Below, piece after piece: positions 37,098 through 47,422 of a DNA stretch of 64,000 nucleotides (position 1 is the first letter of the stretch; every line of letters begins with the position of its first letter). A program made the position numbers and the translations under genes. The stretch spans positions 2,080,001 through 2,144,000 of the forward strand of contig CAXXTB010000002.1 in NCBI GenBank assembly GCA_963676795.2, in the 5' to 3' direction. This DNA comes from Geopsychrobacteraceae bacterium (GTDB lineage: Bacteria > Desulfobacterota > Desulfuromonadia > Desulfuromonadales > Geopsychrobacteraceae). The notes beneath the pieces were generated by a model, which worked only from the letters and a program-made list of their open reading frames with translations, made no database searches and had not been told where the DNA came from.

Positions 37098-38174
37098 GTG
37101 ATCACCACCCTGAAACAGACCTTCGTGTACCTCGATGTTCTTCTCCTGGGCAACAGCCTGGGCTATTGGCTCACATTCGCTATTGCGCTCATAGTCGGCC
37201 TGCTGTTTATTCTTCTTCTGCGCAGATTGTTGACAGGGAAGCTTAAAAAACTGGCCGAAAGGACAACGACCTGTCTGGACGACGCCCTCGTCGAAGCGTT
37301 ACGTAAAACCTACCTGTCAATCCTGGTATTCCCCCTGGCCGAAAGCCTCTCCGGCCTGCTGATTCTTCCTGAAAAACTGGATTTCGGTCTGCATCTTGCT
37401 TCAACGGCCGCGATTTTTCTCCAGGTTGGTATCTGGCTGAGTCACTTTGCCGGCGATCTGAGTCGTAACGCCAAGCAGAAATCACTTGAAAAAAACAGCT
37501 CTGCGACAACGAGCCTGTCTGCCGTCTCCTTCATCAGCAAGCTGTTCATCTGGTCGGCAATACTCCTTCTGGCACTCGACAACCTGGGGGTCAACGTTTC
37601 AACCATGGTTGCCGGGCTGGGTGTTGGTGGTATTGCTGTCGCCCTGGCGGTTCAAAACATTCTCGGGGACCTGTTCGCAAGTCTTTCGATCATCATCGAC
37701 AAGCCGTTCGAAATTGGCGACTTCATCATCGTCGATAACTACATGGGTACCGTTGAAAATGTCGGACTGAAGACGACGCGGATCAGGAGCCTGAGCGGAG
37801 AGCAAATAATCTTCTCAAACAGCGACCTGCTCGGCTCACGCGTACGCAACTATAAAAGGATGTATGAACGCAGGGTCGTCTTCGCCTTTGGTGTCCTCTA
37901 TCAGACCCCTGCAGACCTGGTTGAGAAAATACCCGAGTGGGTCAGCCAGATCATCATGAGACTCGACAATGCCCGTTTTGACAGGGCTCATTTCTTAAAA
38001 TTCGGTGAATCCTCGCTTGATTTTGAAGTCGTCTATTATGTCACGCAAAGTGACTACACAATTTACATGAATATCCAGCAGTCCATCAACCTGGCCTTGA
38101 TGAGAAAATTTGCCGAAAACCGGGTCGAATTTGCATATCCGACCCGCACTGTCTATATTGCAGAGGATCGCTGA
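37098..38174 (+). CDS. Small-conductance mechanosensitive channel (MscS family)
   Basis: GLGVGGIAVALAVQNILGD, KPFEIGD, GLKTTRIRS, FAYPT. Confidence 0.92.
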   Translation: MITTLKQTFVYLDVLLLGNSLGYWLTFAIALIVGLLFILLLRRLLTGKLKKLAERTTTCLDDALVEALRKTYLSILVFPLAESLSGLLILPEKLDFGLHLASTAAIFLQVGIWLSHFAGDLSRNAKQKSLEKNSSATTSLSAVSFISKLFIWSAILLLALDNLGVNVSTMVAGLGVGGIAVALAVQNILGDLFASLSIIIDKPFEIGDFIIVDNYMGTVENVGLKTTRIRSLSGEQIIFSNSDLLGSRVRNYKRMYERRVVFAFGVLYQTPADLVEKIPEWVSQIIMRLDNARFDRAHFLKFGESSLDFEVVYYVTQSDYTIYMNIQQSINLALMRKFAENRVEFAYPTRTVYIAEDR

Positions 38175-38283
38175 GCTAACAGGTTCAGGGGCTTTTCCAG
38201 AGGTCGTCACCATTGACATCTGGCAACGATAGCAGAATTCGACTTCACAATGAGTGGTGACAAACCAGTATCAGGGAGCACTT

Positions 38284-38688
38284 ATGCAGGATTTTTCGCT
38301 CAACGACACCCACAGCAAAACGATCGGTTATCTGCTGTGGATTTTCGGCTTTACCGGATCTCATCGCTTCTATTACGGCAGACCGGTTACCGGCACGATC
38401 TGGTTTTTCACCCTGGGACTGCTTGGCATCGGCTGGATCATCGATCTATTCCTGATTCCCGGCATGGATCGCCAGGCCGATCTGCGCTATACGGCGGGCC
38501 GCTACGACTACACACTGGCCTGGATCCTGCTGACTTTCCTTGGTTTTTTCGGTATTCACAGAATGTATCTGGGGAAATGGCTCAGCGGCATCATCTATCT
38601 GCTGACGGCAGGCGTTTTCGGCCTGGGCTGCCTCTACGATCTGTGGACGCTCAACACCCAGGTGTCCTTGCGCAACAGCCAGGTCTAA
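38284..38688 (+). CDS. Double TM2-domain (NINE) membrane protein
   Basis: Two repeats: GSHRFYYG...IIDLFLIP and GIHRMYLG...YDLW. Confidence 0.85.
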   Translation: MQDFSLNDTHSKTIGYLLWIFGFTGSHRFYYGRPVTGTIWFFTLGLLGIGWIIDLFLIPGMDRQADLRYTAGRYDYTLAWILLTFLGFFGIHRMYLGKWLSGIIYLLTAGVFGLGCLYDLWTLNTQVSLRNSQV

Positions 38689-39785
38689 TCCCTGAACTGG
38701 TTGAAGATCTGGATAAACGCCTGCTGGTTATTCAGAAAGATATCAACAATATCGGGATCGAAATGTTTACCACGTTCAGCCCGAATCATCTCGGTCACTT
38801 TCTCATGGGAAAGAGCCGCCCGGTAAATCCGGTCATTGACCAGCGAATCGTAAAAATCGGCCACAGCCATCAGGCGTGCGGCGACCGGTATCTCGTCTCC
38901 TGCCAGCTGGTGCGGATAGCCCTCGCCGTTCCAGCGTTCATGATGGGACAGCGCGATCACCTTGGCGACTTCAAGAAAATCAGCCTTGCTGCCGAGAATT
39001 TTTTCGGCGCGTTCCAGAGCCCCACGGCCGATCAACGTGTGAGTCTTCATGATTTCGAACTCTTCATCGGTCAGCCGCCCCGGTTTATTGAGAATCTGAT
39101 CGGGGATTCCGACCTTGCCAATGTCATGTAATGGCGCTGACTTGTAGAGCATGACAATATTGCTTTCGGTGAGAAACTCACGAAAGCGCGGGTGATCCTG
39201 TAACTGCCTGGCCAGAAATTCAACATAACGCTGGGTACGGCGCAGATGGTTACCCGTATCGTCATCACGGGTCTCGGCGAGCGAGGCCAGTGCCAGGATT
39301 GTCATCTCCTGGGCGGCCAGAGCCTGCCCCGCAATCCGCTCCATTTCAAGCGCCAGATCCCGGTTGCGGTTGCGCAGCAGGTCGGTCGCTTTCTTCAGCT
39401 TGAGATGCGTGCTGACCCGGGCCATGACAATCGGGGGACTGATCGGCTTGGTGATATAGTCAACAGCGCCAAGTTTCAGTCCCATCTCCTCATCTGCCGT
39501 TTCCGATTTCGCGGTAAGAAAGATAACCGGGATCTCAAAGGTACGCGGCTCCTGTTTCAGTTTCAGACAGACCTCATAACCGTCCATGCCGGGCATCATG
39601 ATATCGAGCAGAATAAGGTCCGGCGGATTGTCCGCCATGGCAATCCGCAGCGCTTTTTCACCGCTGTTGGCGATCTTGACCTTGTAATCATCCTTGAGCA
39701 GTTCACCCATCAACGCCAGGTTTTCGATCGTATCGTCAACAACCAGAATGGTATAATTGTCCGCATAATTTTTGATATCTGTCAT
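38685..39785 (-). CDS. REC-HD-GYP response regulator (RpfG-like cyclic dinucleotide phosphodiesterase)
   Basis: VVDD, LLDIMMP, KP; LHDIGK and [11 protein letters not shown]. Confidence 0.93.
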   Translation of the reverse strand: MTDIKNYADNYTILVVDDTIENLALMGELLKDDYKVKIANSGEKALRIAMADNPPDLILLDIMMPGMDGYEVCLKLKQEPRTFEIPVIFLTAKSETADEEMGLKLGAVDYITKPISPPIVMARVSTHLKLKKATDLLRNRNRDLALEMERIAGQALAAQEMTILALASLAETRDDDTGNHLRRTQRYVEFLARQLQDHPRFREFLTESNIVMLYKSAPLHDIGKVGIPDQILNKPGRLTDEEFEIMKTHTLIGRGALERAEKILGSKADFLEVAKVIALSHHERWNGEGYPHQLAGDEIPVAARLMAVADFYDSLVNDRIYRAALSHEKVTEMIRAERGKHFDPDIVDIFLNNQQAFIQIFNQFRD

Positions 39786-39806
39786 TCAGAGACTCCTGCT
39801 CTCCTT

Positions 39807-42800
39807 CTACCTCGAACCACCAGCGGATCGACCTTCAAGATAGTCCAGAACGGTTTCAAAACTGTAACGCTCCAATGCAACTTTAACATCCAGGAACCGA
39901 CTGCCAAGCAATTCGGCAAAAAGCTTTTCGTGCCGATGAAACAGATCGACGGCCTGCAGGTCATCGTCCTTCAGCCTGAGGACAAACTCATCATAAAGCT
40001 GATCCGAGCTGAGCTCGGTTTCAGCAGAAGCAAAGGGTGCCTCTTGCTGCCGGGCTGAAAAGACCTGATCCAGCTCGTCAATAAGATCAAGCAGTGCAAC
40101 ACGGCAGGATTCGAAGGCAGCCTGAAGTTGCGCAGGGTTCGCTCCCTGTTTTGCGACAGACTCAAGTCGTTCCAGAGCCTTTTGAAACCTTAAGGCACCG
40201 ATATTGCCGGCAACACTCTTCAGCGAATGAACCAACTTGACTGCGTTATCGACGTTCCCCGCCAACAGCACAAGATGAATCTTGTCGGCAGCCCCCCTGT
40301 GGTTCTCGAGAAATTTACGCAGCAGGGACTCCAGCAATTCCACCTTACCCATCACCCGGTACAAACCGGTGGGCAGATCAATATTGTCCATCGTTTCAGG
40401 CAGTCGGGGCGCCCCTTCAGCAGACATCTCTGCGCGCTGGGCGTCATCGCCCACTCCCCTGGTCTCCTCCGGAGCCGGCTCCACACCTTGAATCTCAGGA
40501 AGAGAAAGGGTCTGCAGCCTCTCAGTGAATTCCTCAGCGGCCTCCCGCCAGCGCGTGCGAGTCAGGGGCTTATTCACAACCAGGCCGATACCGAGAGCCT
40601 GGGCTTTTTCACGGAGCAGTTCATCCCAGAACGGTGCCACGAGAATGATTCTCCGGTATCCCTCGGCAACCGTGCGCGACAATTCGTCAAGCCCCCCCAG
40701 TCCGTCCAATGAAGACGAATAATCGACCGCGATAACATCGTAAGCCGACGCAGTGAAACCTTTCAGCCGTGCGACCGCAGCTTCCAGCGATGGCAGCGTA
40801 TCGACCTGGGCAGCCGTTTCGCCGATCACGCGGTTCATGATCCGCCCCTCGGAAGAGGCCGCACAGACCGTCAAGACCCTGTCAAACAGCCTGAGTCTGT
40901 CAACCGCCGGTTTTTCGGCAAACAGCTCAATCCTGGCGCTGAACCAGAAGCGGCTACCACGCCCCTCTGCCGATTCGACACCGACATCGCCACCCATCAG
41001 GTGGGCAAGCTTTCTGCAGATAGCCAGTCCCAGCCCCGTCCCGCCGAAGCGGCGTGTCGACGACATGTCAGCCTGGTGAAAGCTCTGAAACAGGTGGCCA
41101 AGCTGATCATCGGCGATGCCGCATCCCGTATCGGTTACAGATAACACCAGCAGGGTCCCGGCATCTGCGTGAGACAGGCAAGCCTCGATCGTAATGGATC
41201 CGGAATCGGTAAATTTAACCGCATTGGCCAGGTACTGATAGAGAATCTGGCCTATTCTTTTGGTATCAGCGGAGAGCGGGGCACTCAATTCCGGACTGAT
41301 ATCGACGACCAGATTGAGCCGCTTGGCGCGAATCTGCTCCGCCAGGCGGTTAATATTGCTCAGGATAAGCTGTTCTACATCAAATTCGGAGCTGGTCAGG
41401 ATCAACTGATCTGACTCAATCCTGGACAGGTCAAGCAGATCCCTGAACATATCGAGCAACTGCAGACCGGCAGCTTCAATCTTGTGCAGATAATCCAGAT
41501 GCGCCGGCTCGGAGAGTGTTTCGCTCATGAGGTGGCTGATCCCCAGGATCGAGTTGAGTGGCGTCCTTATCTCATGGCTGATATTGGCCAGAAAGGCACT
41601 TTTTGTCCGACTGGCCGCCTCGGCAGCATCCACGGCCAGACGCAGACTTTCCGCGACTTCACGCTCAGCACTGATGTCCTCGACGATACCGACGAGGCGC
41701 GGCACTGTTGTGCCCCTGGTGCCGGCCAAAGGCCTTGCGGCCATACGTGCCCAGAAGACGCTGCCATCCTTGCGGCACAACTGACTTTCCCGCCAGTCTT
41801 CACCAGTTGTTTTGAAGTTCAGGGAGATCTCGCCGCCGATCCTTTCAAACTCCTCGTCGCTGGCATACCAGTCGCGCGTCGTCCTGTTGAGCATCTCGCC
41901 GGGCTCATAACCAAACAGCTCTTCCAGCTTCCTGTTGCAGCGGACAATTGTCCGCTCTTCAATGAGAACGATACCGACATTGGCGGCATTAAAGATCCCC
42001 TGCTGCTCCAGGTTGACAGCTTCCAGTGCCGAGGTCCTCTGCTGAACCAGTTCTTCCAACTGCTCCCGATAGGCACGCAGCTCTTCTTCCACCGCAACCT
42101 TTTCGGTAATATCCTGAATTGTCCCGAGCGCAGCGACCAGTTCCCCAGCTGGTCCATATTCAAATTCGTTTCGGACACTGACCCACTTCGGTTCCACCTC
42201 AAAAAGCCTGAAAACTGAGTTAAGTGTCTCGCCGTTGAGAACCTGCTTCCACAGGGTCTCGACACGCGCCCTGTCGTCCGGATGAACCAGACGGAAGAAC
42301 TCCTCAACAGCCAGATCCTCGCCATAACTGCGGCGGCAGATTCGGCAGGCCTCTTCAGACAGTGAAAAGCTTTGCTTTTCAAGGTTAAAGTACCAATGCC
42401 CGAGCTGTGCAACCACCTGCGCACGCTTGAGAAAGGTTTCACTCGTCTGCAGCGCTTTGACGCTCTCATTGCGCGCACTGTTGAGCAGAACCATGCCAAT
42501 CTGATCTGCAACCTGACGGCCAAAGACAATATTCTCTTCACTGAAAAAAATCTCGGCATCGGTCTGTGCAAAGGCCAGCACCCCCCGGAATTCACCAGCC
42601 GAGATGATGCTGGTGTAAAGCGCCGCAGCGATACCATTCTTGTTCAGGTAATCGGAAACAAACCTGTCACTGACCTGAGGTCCATTGGGCTGACCAGCCA
42701 CAAGATAAGTATACTCCCGCAGCCGGGCCATCTCAGTGACAAAGGTTTTATGACCGACACAGGAGCATGATTCAGAATCCCGTGAACAACAAGCAACAGA

Positions 42801-44900
42801 GCGCAACTCTCCCGTTTCCTGGCTGACGAGCCAGACCGCAACCCGACCGATCTCAAAGGAATTGGCCAGACTGTCGGTAACAAGAGTCAGGAACCCCGAA
42901 ACATCGGCGTCAATGGCCGTCTCATGTCTGGCAATCTGCCCCAGATAATCGTTGTAACGCTGAAACAGGGCGCTCTTGAGCTGTAAACCCTCTACCCGTT
43001 TTTTCTGTTCCGTTACGTCTCGCCAGACAAGCGAAATTAGCTGCCTCGACCCGAGATAGATCGGCCTGAGTGTCACCTCGACATCCATGATGGTGCCGTT
43101 TTTATGCCGGTGCTGAGTTTCCAGGAAACAATAGCCCTCATCAAAGGCTTTCTGAGCAACCCCCCTGGCCTCTTCCGCAGTCGTGTTAACCAGAAGATCC
43201 TTAATAGGAAGTTCTGTGAACTCTTCACGGCTGTAACCGAGAGAGTAATGTGCTGCATAGTTGAAGTCGACCAGCCGGGAGTCCTCGAAGTCGACCAGCA
43301 TGATCGAGTCTGTTGTTTGCGAATACATCGCGGCAAGCAGCTGCTGTTGCTCTTCGAGAACCTGCGCATCATGAAATCGATCGACGGTTTCACAGATACG
43401 CCTGACCAGGCGCTCAGCGAGCCGAACCTCTTCATCGTGAAAACTGACCCGTCCGCCTGCCGCAGGAGCGCCCAGGGAAATGGTCAGGGCCAGCCGGTCC
43501 CCCTCGAAAGTCTCTGCTGTCGACTCAAGCGACCAGGGACTTTCAAAAAAATACTCGGAAACAAACTCTTTATCTCCCCAACAGATGCGTGCTCCTGTCA
43601 TTTCCGGCTGCTGCCAGCCCCGCGGAATCAGCTCAACGATCTGCACAAGCATGTCGTCAAGATTATCTTCAAGATTTTCGGTCACACTGAAAACAGAATA
43701 GAGGCAATCCAGCTCCTTGACCCGCTCCTTGAGAGCGTCTTCATTGCGCCTGACATCGGTGATATCCCGGCCGATACCAACAACGCCAAGCGGAGTCCCG
43801 TCTGGTGCCAGGATCGACTTTTTGATCATCTGAAACAACGTCTGGTCATCTTCTTCGGCAAATCTGAGTTTTTCTTCCCGGATCAGAGGACGACCGCTTT
43901 CAAGCGCCGACAGGTCATCTATCTGGTGGCTGATCGCAATATGCGCCTCGAAGAAATCCTGATCATTCTTGCCCAGGATTTCAGATTCCGGCATGCCGAA
44001 CAGACGCTCCATCACCTGGTTGCAGATCACATACCTGCCGTCCAGGTCCTTCGCCCAGACCAGATCGGGAACCGTGTGGATAAGGGTCCTCAACCAACTG
44101 CGTTCCTCGTCGAGAGACTCAGCAGCCTGTTTCTGCCGGGAGATATTGTTGATGGCAAGCAGGATACTCGGGGTCCCCCGGCAACTGAACAGGCAGGCGG
44201 AGACAAAAGCCCAGACCACCCGACCGGAAAAATCATAGATTTCGACCTCTTGATCATAGACATGGCCATCCCTGAACAAGGCTACCCTTAACCGTTCACG
44301 TTGTTCCTGATCCTTGTAAAATTCCCGGACCTCCATGCCATTCATCGTTGCCGGGTCATAACCCAGCTGACTGGCGGCACGGGGGTTCCCATAGACAACC
44401 CTCCCCATTTCACAATCGACAACAAGCGCAGGCGAAGGGGCAATTCTGAGAAATTTCTCAATATCGTCAATTTCGTATGCTGCTTCAGGCGTGAAAAGCT
44501 GCTGGCGGGTAATCAGTCCGAGTGCGGTTCCCTGAGCCTCACTGATCAGAGCAACCTCAAGCCGTTCACGGTCAAAGAGGAGTTTCGCCTCAGCCAGGGT
44601 TACGGAGTCTGACAGACGGTAACAGCTGAACAAGGGAAGAACGGCAACGGGAGTCTCCAGATCCGGGGCGCTCTCGAGATAATCGAGCAGACTGCGGCGC
44701 GACAGCAGGAGTGGACCATCAGAGGCGGCATCGACAAGCAGATAATCAGGTCCGGATTGGCTGAGCATAATGCGCAGCGCACTGAGAACCGGTTCATTCT
44801 CACTTAAACATGGTAACGCAAGAGGCTTGATCAGGTCGAGCAACAGAATATTTTCCGTTGGCACCACTGTCATTTCATCAACCTCCCGAGCATCAGGCAA
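39807..44900 (-). CDS. Cytoplasmic multi-PAS/GAF hybrid histidine kinase with degenerate REC and HPt
   Basis: Several PAS/PAC ends (GRDIT, RDVT, QDIT, EDIS), FLANISHEIRTPL, NAVKFT, DTGCGI, GGTGLGL, HPt VHSLKSVAGNIGA. Confidence 0.92.
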   Translation of the reverse strand: MPDAREVDEMTVVPTENILLLDLIKPLALPCLSENEPVLSALRIMLSQSGPDYLLVDAASDGPLLLSRRSLLDYLESAPDLETPVAVLPLFSCYRLSDSVTLAEAKLLFDRERLEVALISEAQGTALGLITRQQLFTPEAAYEIDDIEKFLRIAPSPALVVDCEMGRVVYGNPRAASQLGYDPATMNGMEVREFYKDQEQRERLRVALFRDGHVYDQEVEIYDFSGRVVWAFVSACLFSCRGTPSILLAINNISRQKQAAESLDEERSWLRTLIHTVPDLVWAKDLDGRYVICNQVMERLFGMPESEILGKNDQDFFEAHIAISHQIDDLSALESGRPLIREEKLRFAEEDDQTLFQMIKKSILAPDGTPLGVVGIGRDITDVRRNEDALKERVKELDCLYSVFSVTENLEDNLDDMLVQIVELIPRGWQQPEMTGARICWGDKEFVSEYFFESPWSLESTAETFEGDRLALTISLGAPAAGGRVSFHDEEVRLAERLVRRICETVDRFHDAQVLEEQQQLLAAMYSQTTDSIMLVDFEDSRLVDFNYAAHYSLGYSREEFTELPIKDLLVNTTAEEARGVAQKAFDEGYCFLETQHRHKNGTIMDVEVTLRPIYLGSRQLISLVWRDVTEQKKRVEGLQLKSALFQRYNDYLGQIARHETAIDADVSGFLTLVTDSLANSFEIGRVAVWLVSQETGELRSVACCSRDSESCSCVGHKTFVTEMARLREYTYLVAGQPNGPQVSDRFVSDYLNKNGIAAALYTSIISAGEFRGVLAFAQTDAEIFFSEENIVFGRQVADQIGMVLLNSARNESVKALQTSETFLKRAQVVAQLGHWYFNLEKQSFSLSEEACRICRRSYGEDLAVEEFFRLVHPDDRARVETLWKQVLNGETLNSVFRLFEVEPKWVSVRNEFEYGPAGELVAALGTIQDITEKVAVEEELRAYREQLEELVQQRTSALEAVNLEQQGIFNAANVGIVLIEERTIVRCNRKLEELFGYEPGEMLNRTTRDWYASDEEFERIGGEISLNFKTTGEDWRESQLCRKDGSVFWARMAARPLAGTRGTTVPRLVGIVEDISAEREVAESLRLAVDAAEAASRTKSAFLANISHEIRTPLNSILGISHLMSETLSEPAHLDYLHKIEAAGLQLLDMFRDLLDLSRIESDQLILTSSEFDVEQLILSNINRLAEQIRAKRLNLVVDISPELSAPLSADTKRIGQILYQYLANAVKFTDSGSITIEACLSHADAGTLLVLSVTDTGCGIADDQLGHLFQSFHQADMSSTRRFGGTGLGLAICRKLAHLMGGDVGVESAEGRGSRFWFSARIELFAEKPAVDRLRLFDRVLTVCAASSEGRIMNRVIGETAAQVDTLPSLEAAVARLKGFTASAYDVIAVDYSSSLDGLGGLDELSRTVAEGYRRIILVAPFWDELLREKAQALGIGLVVNKPLTRTRWREAAEEFTERLQTLSLPEIQGVEPAPEETRGVGDDAQRAEMSAEGAPRLPETMDNIDLPTGLYRVMGKVELLESLLRKFLENHRGAADKIHLVLLAGNVDNAVKLVHSLKSVAGNIGALRFQKALERLESVAKQGANPAQLQAAFESCRVALLDLIDELDQVFSARQQEAPFASAETELSSDQLYDEFVLRLKDDDLQAVDLFHRHEKLFAELLGSRFLDVKVALERYSFETVLDYLEGRSAGGSR

Positions 44901-45118
44901 ACTGCAAACAATTTCAACCTCTTGTCCCAGTATAACAGATCAGTCCGCAAAACACCGGTGCGCAGAAAACAAAAGCCACCCAGCCCCAATCTATAAAAAT
45001 ATCAATGATGCCTACCTTTAGCTCATAAGTAAACTTTAATCATGAAGTTTTTTTTCTGGACAGCCCTCAACATTCTGTCTAGCTTGTTGCCATCCAAAAA
45101 CTCCAGATGGCAACGCGT

Positions 45119-45264
45119 AAGTTTTAAGATTGGAAACGAGCAATTTTTTGTCATAGCAAGAAAATCAAAGGCTTGTGCGGAGGCGTAGTACTTTATGCCG
45201 CACGAGTAAGCCCGCAGATTGACGCCGCTTTGGCGGAAAAGGGCCGTTTCCGGATGAAAACTAG
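45119..45264 (+). repeat. ~145-bp structured MITE-like repeat, copy B
   Basis: Shares GGAAACGAGCAATTTTT, GCGGAGGCGTAGT, AAGCCCGCAGATTGAC and GCGGAAAAGGGCCG with the reverse complement of copy A. Confidence 0.8.
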
Positions 45265-45337
45265 CTTGCCACATGACAAATAAGAGTCTGTCCATTTTAG
45301 CGGTCCCCCGCTATAACCTGAACCGGTCCAGCATGCT

Positions 45338-46270
45338 ATGTTTCGCCTGATCTCACTGGGGCTCTGTGCAGCCCTGTTTTTCAGCAGTACCTTTATACTG
45401 AATCGTTCCATGAGCCTCGAAGGAGGACACTGGTACTGGTCCGCCGCGCTGCGTTTTGCCTGGATGATTCTTCTTCTGCTGCTGTTGTTCGTCGTTTCCG
45501 GCCGAACAAAACAGCTGCCACAAATCTGCCGAATCTTCCGGATCTATCCCCTGTTCTGGCTCGCTGCCGGATCGGTCGGCTTTGGGCTTTTCTACTCGCT
45601 GCTCTGCTACAGTGCGACTTTTTCACCAGGCTGGGTCATTGCGACAACCTGGCAACTAACAATCCTGGCCTCCCCGCTGGTCCTGATTCTTTTCGGCCGC
45701 AAGGTGCCACGTAAAGCGTTCGCCTTCACCATACTGATTATCTGTGGAATTGTTCTCGTCAACCTGTCTGAGGCGGATCGGGTTGACATTAAAACACTTC
45801 TTATGGGGGGGCTCCCTGTCATTGTGGCCGCGTTCGCCTACCCAACCGGCAATCAGATGCTCTGGGAGGCACAGCGCCACCAACGGCGATTCATCCCCAG
45901 AATTGACGATCCGCTGCTGCAGGACCCCTTCGCCAGGGTGTTACTCATGACCCTGGGGACAATCCCCTTCTGGCTGATCCTCTATATTGCCATAGCACCT
46001 CCGCCACCTTCCTTCGGACAGTTTTTGTCAACCGGCCTGGTCGCCCTGTTCTCCGGCATCCTTGCCACCACAATCTTTTTTCACGCCCGTCATCAGGCAA
46101 GCAATTCCTATGAACTTTCTGCGGTTGATGCAACACAATCGGCCGAGGTTATCTTCTCCGTGGCGGGGGAAATCATCCTTCTGGGAGGAGCACTGCCTGC
46201 CCTGACAAGTATGGTCGGCATCGTCATCACTCTGACGGGACTGACTCTGTTTATCCGTTACCATCAATAA
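45338..46270 (+). CDS. DMT-superfamily transporter (YjlA-like)
   Basis: About 10 TM helices; FFSSTFILNR, AYPTGN, AVDATQSAEV. Confidence 0.85.
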   Translation: MFRLISLGLCAALFFSSTFILNRSMSLEGGHWYWSAALRFAWMILLLLLLFVVSGRTKQLPQICRIFRIYPLFWLAAGSVGFGLFYSLLCYSATFSPGWVIATTWQLTILASPLVLILFGRKVPRKAFAFTILIICGIVLVNLSEADRVDIKTLLMGGLPVIVAAFAYPTGNQMLWEAQRHQRRFIPRIDDPLLQDPFARVLLMTLGTIPFWLILYIAIAPPPPSFGQFLSTGLVALFSGILATTIFFHARHQASNSYELSAVDATQSAEVIFSVAGEIILLGGALPALTSMVGIVITLTGLTLFIRYHQ

Positions 46271-46299
46271 GCAAACGAAGCGCTGTCCCCACGGAACGA

Positions 46300-46330
46300 C
46301 AAAAGGCGGAGCTGCCGTCTCCGCCTTTTG
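46300..46330. terminator. Bidirectional rho-independent terminator
   Basis: CAAAAGGCGGAG...CTCCGCCTTTTG between convergent genes. Confidence 0.85.
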
Positions 46331-46358
46331 ACTAACTTGCCATTTCTTCTTTTCAGTA

Positions 46359-46793
46359 TCAGCCGATCGGAATCTCAACCGCTTTCTTTTTCTCAACCTT
46401 GGTTTTCGGTATAACGAGAGTCAACAGGCCATCCTTGAAACTTGCTTCAATGGCCCCATCATCGACATTATCCGGCAGAGTGAAGCTCCGGCTGAACGAT
46501 CCGCTGAAACGTTCGATTCGATGCATCTTTTCTTTTTTCTCTTCGCTTTCTCTTTTTGTTTCTCCATGTATGGTCAGAATCCGGTCGTCAATACTGATCT
46601 TGATATTGTCCCTCTCAACACCAGGAATTTCGGCTTTTATGGTAAACTGCTGATCATCCTCAGCAATGTCCACCCTTGGAGCCCAGTCTCCTTTGAGCAC
46701 ACTCAGTTCCCGACCACCACGATAGGGCCAGTCGTTCATTCGGCCAAACACTTCATCCATATCCCGGAATGGATCCCATTTTGTGAGTTTCAT
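46359..46793 (-). CDS. Hsp20/alpha-crystallin small heat-shock protein
   Basis: WDPFR, PRVDI, AEIPG, ERFSGSFSRSFTLP, FKDGLL. Confidence 0.95.
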   Translation of the reverse strand: MKLTKWDPFRDMDEVFGRMNDWPYRGGRELSVLKGDWAPRVDIAEDDQQFTIKAEIPGVERDNIKISIDDRILTIHGETKRESEEKKEKMHRIERFSGSFSRSFTLPDNVDDGAIEASFKDGLLTLVIPKTKVEKKKAVEIPIG

Positions 46794-47044
46794 TTTGTCC
46801 TCCTTAACTCACGCGGGTCTATTTTTCCGTCTGTGAACTGCCCGCTACACCCCACAGACAGACAACAGGGACGAATAGGCAGGGACTTTCAATGTTCAGA
46901 AGCTACTATCAAGCATAACTCAAAGTCGGCGGAATTCAATCTGTCAAGCATAATAAACAACAGTATTACGATAACTTAACAAGCTATTACTTTTTCTCAG
47001 AAGAAGCCGAAGGAAGGGAATAAAAAAGAAACGGAGTCTGCGGA

Positions 47045-47422
47045 TTATTGCGGACGCTGCTCGAGCTGTATGAGGTTTGACTTGAACTGCTCAATCTTCT
47101 CTTCAAGTTCGGAAATTTCGCTGGCAGAAGTGGCAAGGCTGTCGGTCAGCTTTCGATTCTTCGTTTCCAGCGCATGGTTTTCCTGCTGCAGCTCACGACA
47201 ACGCGTCCAGAGAGCAACAACATCGGCAGCCCTGACACTCCATTCACTTTCAGGGTATGTGATGATGAATTGCTCGAGAGGCTCGATCCTTTGCTCCACA
47301 GCAACCCGGTCAAAAGCCTTGACAAACGCCTGCTGATCCTTCAGAACCACGACCTTCTGGAGTTGAAGGTTTGGCACACAACCGAACATAAACAGAGCTG
47401 CCACGATCAGAAGATATCTCAT
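47045..47422 (-). CDS. Hypothetical coiled-coil lipoprotein
   Basis: Signal peptide ending MFGC, a YPES.W motif and a coiled-coil tail. Coupled to the GGDEF gene (ATGA overlap). Confidence 0.75.
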   Translation of the reverse strand: MRYLLIVAALFMFGCVPNLQLQKVVVLKDQQAFVKAFDRVAVEQRIEPLEQFIITYPESEWSVRAADVVALWTRCRELQQENHALETKNRKLTDSLATSASEISELEEKIEQFKSNLIQLEQRPQ

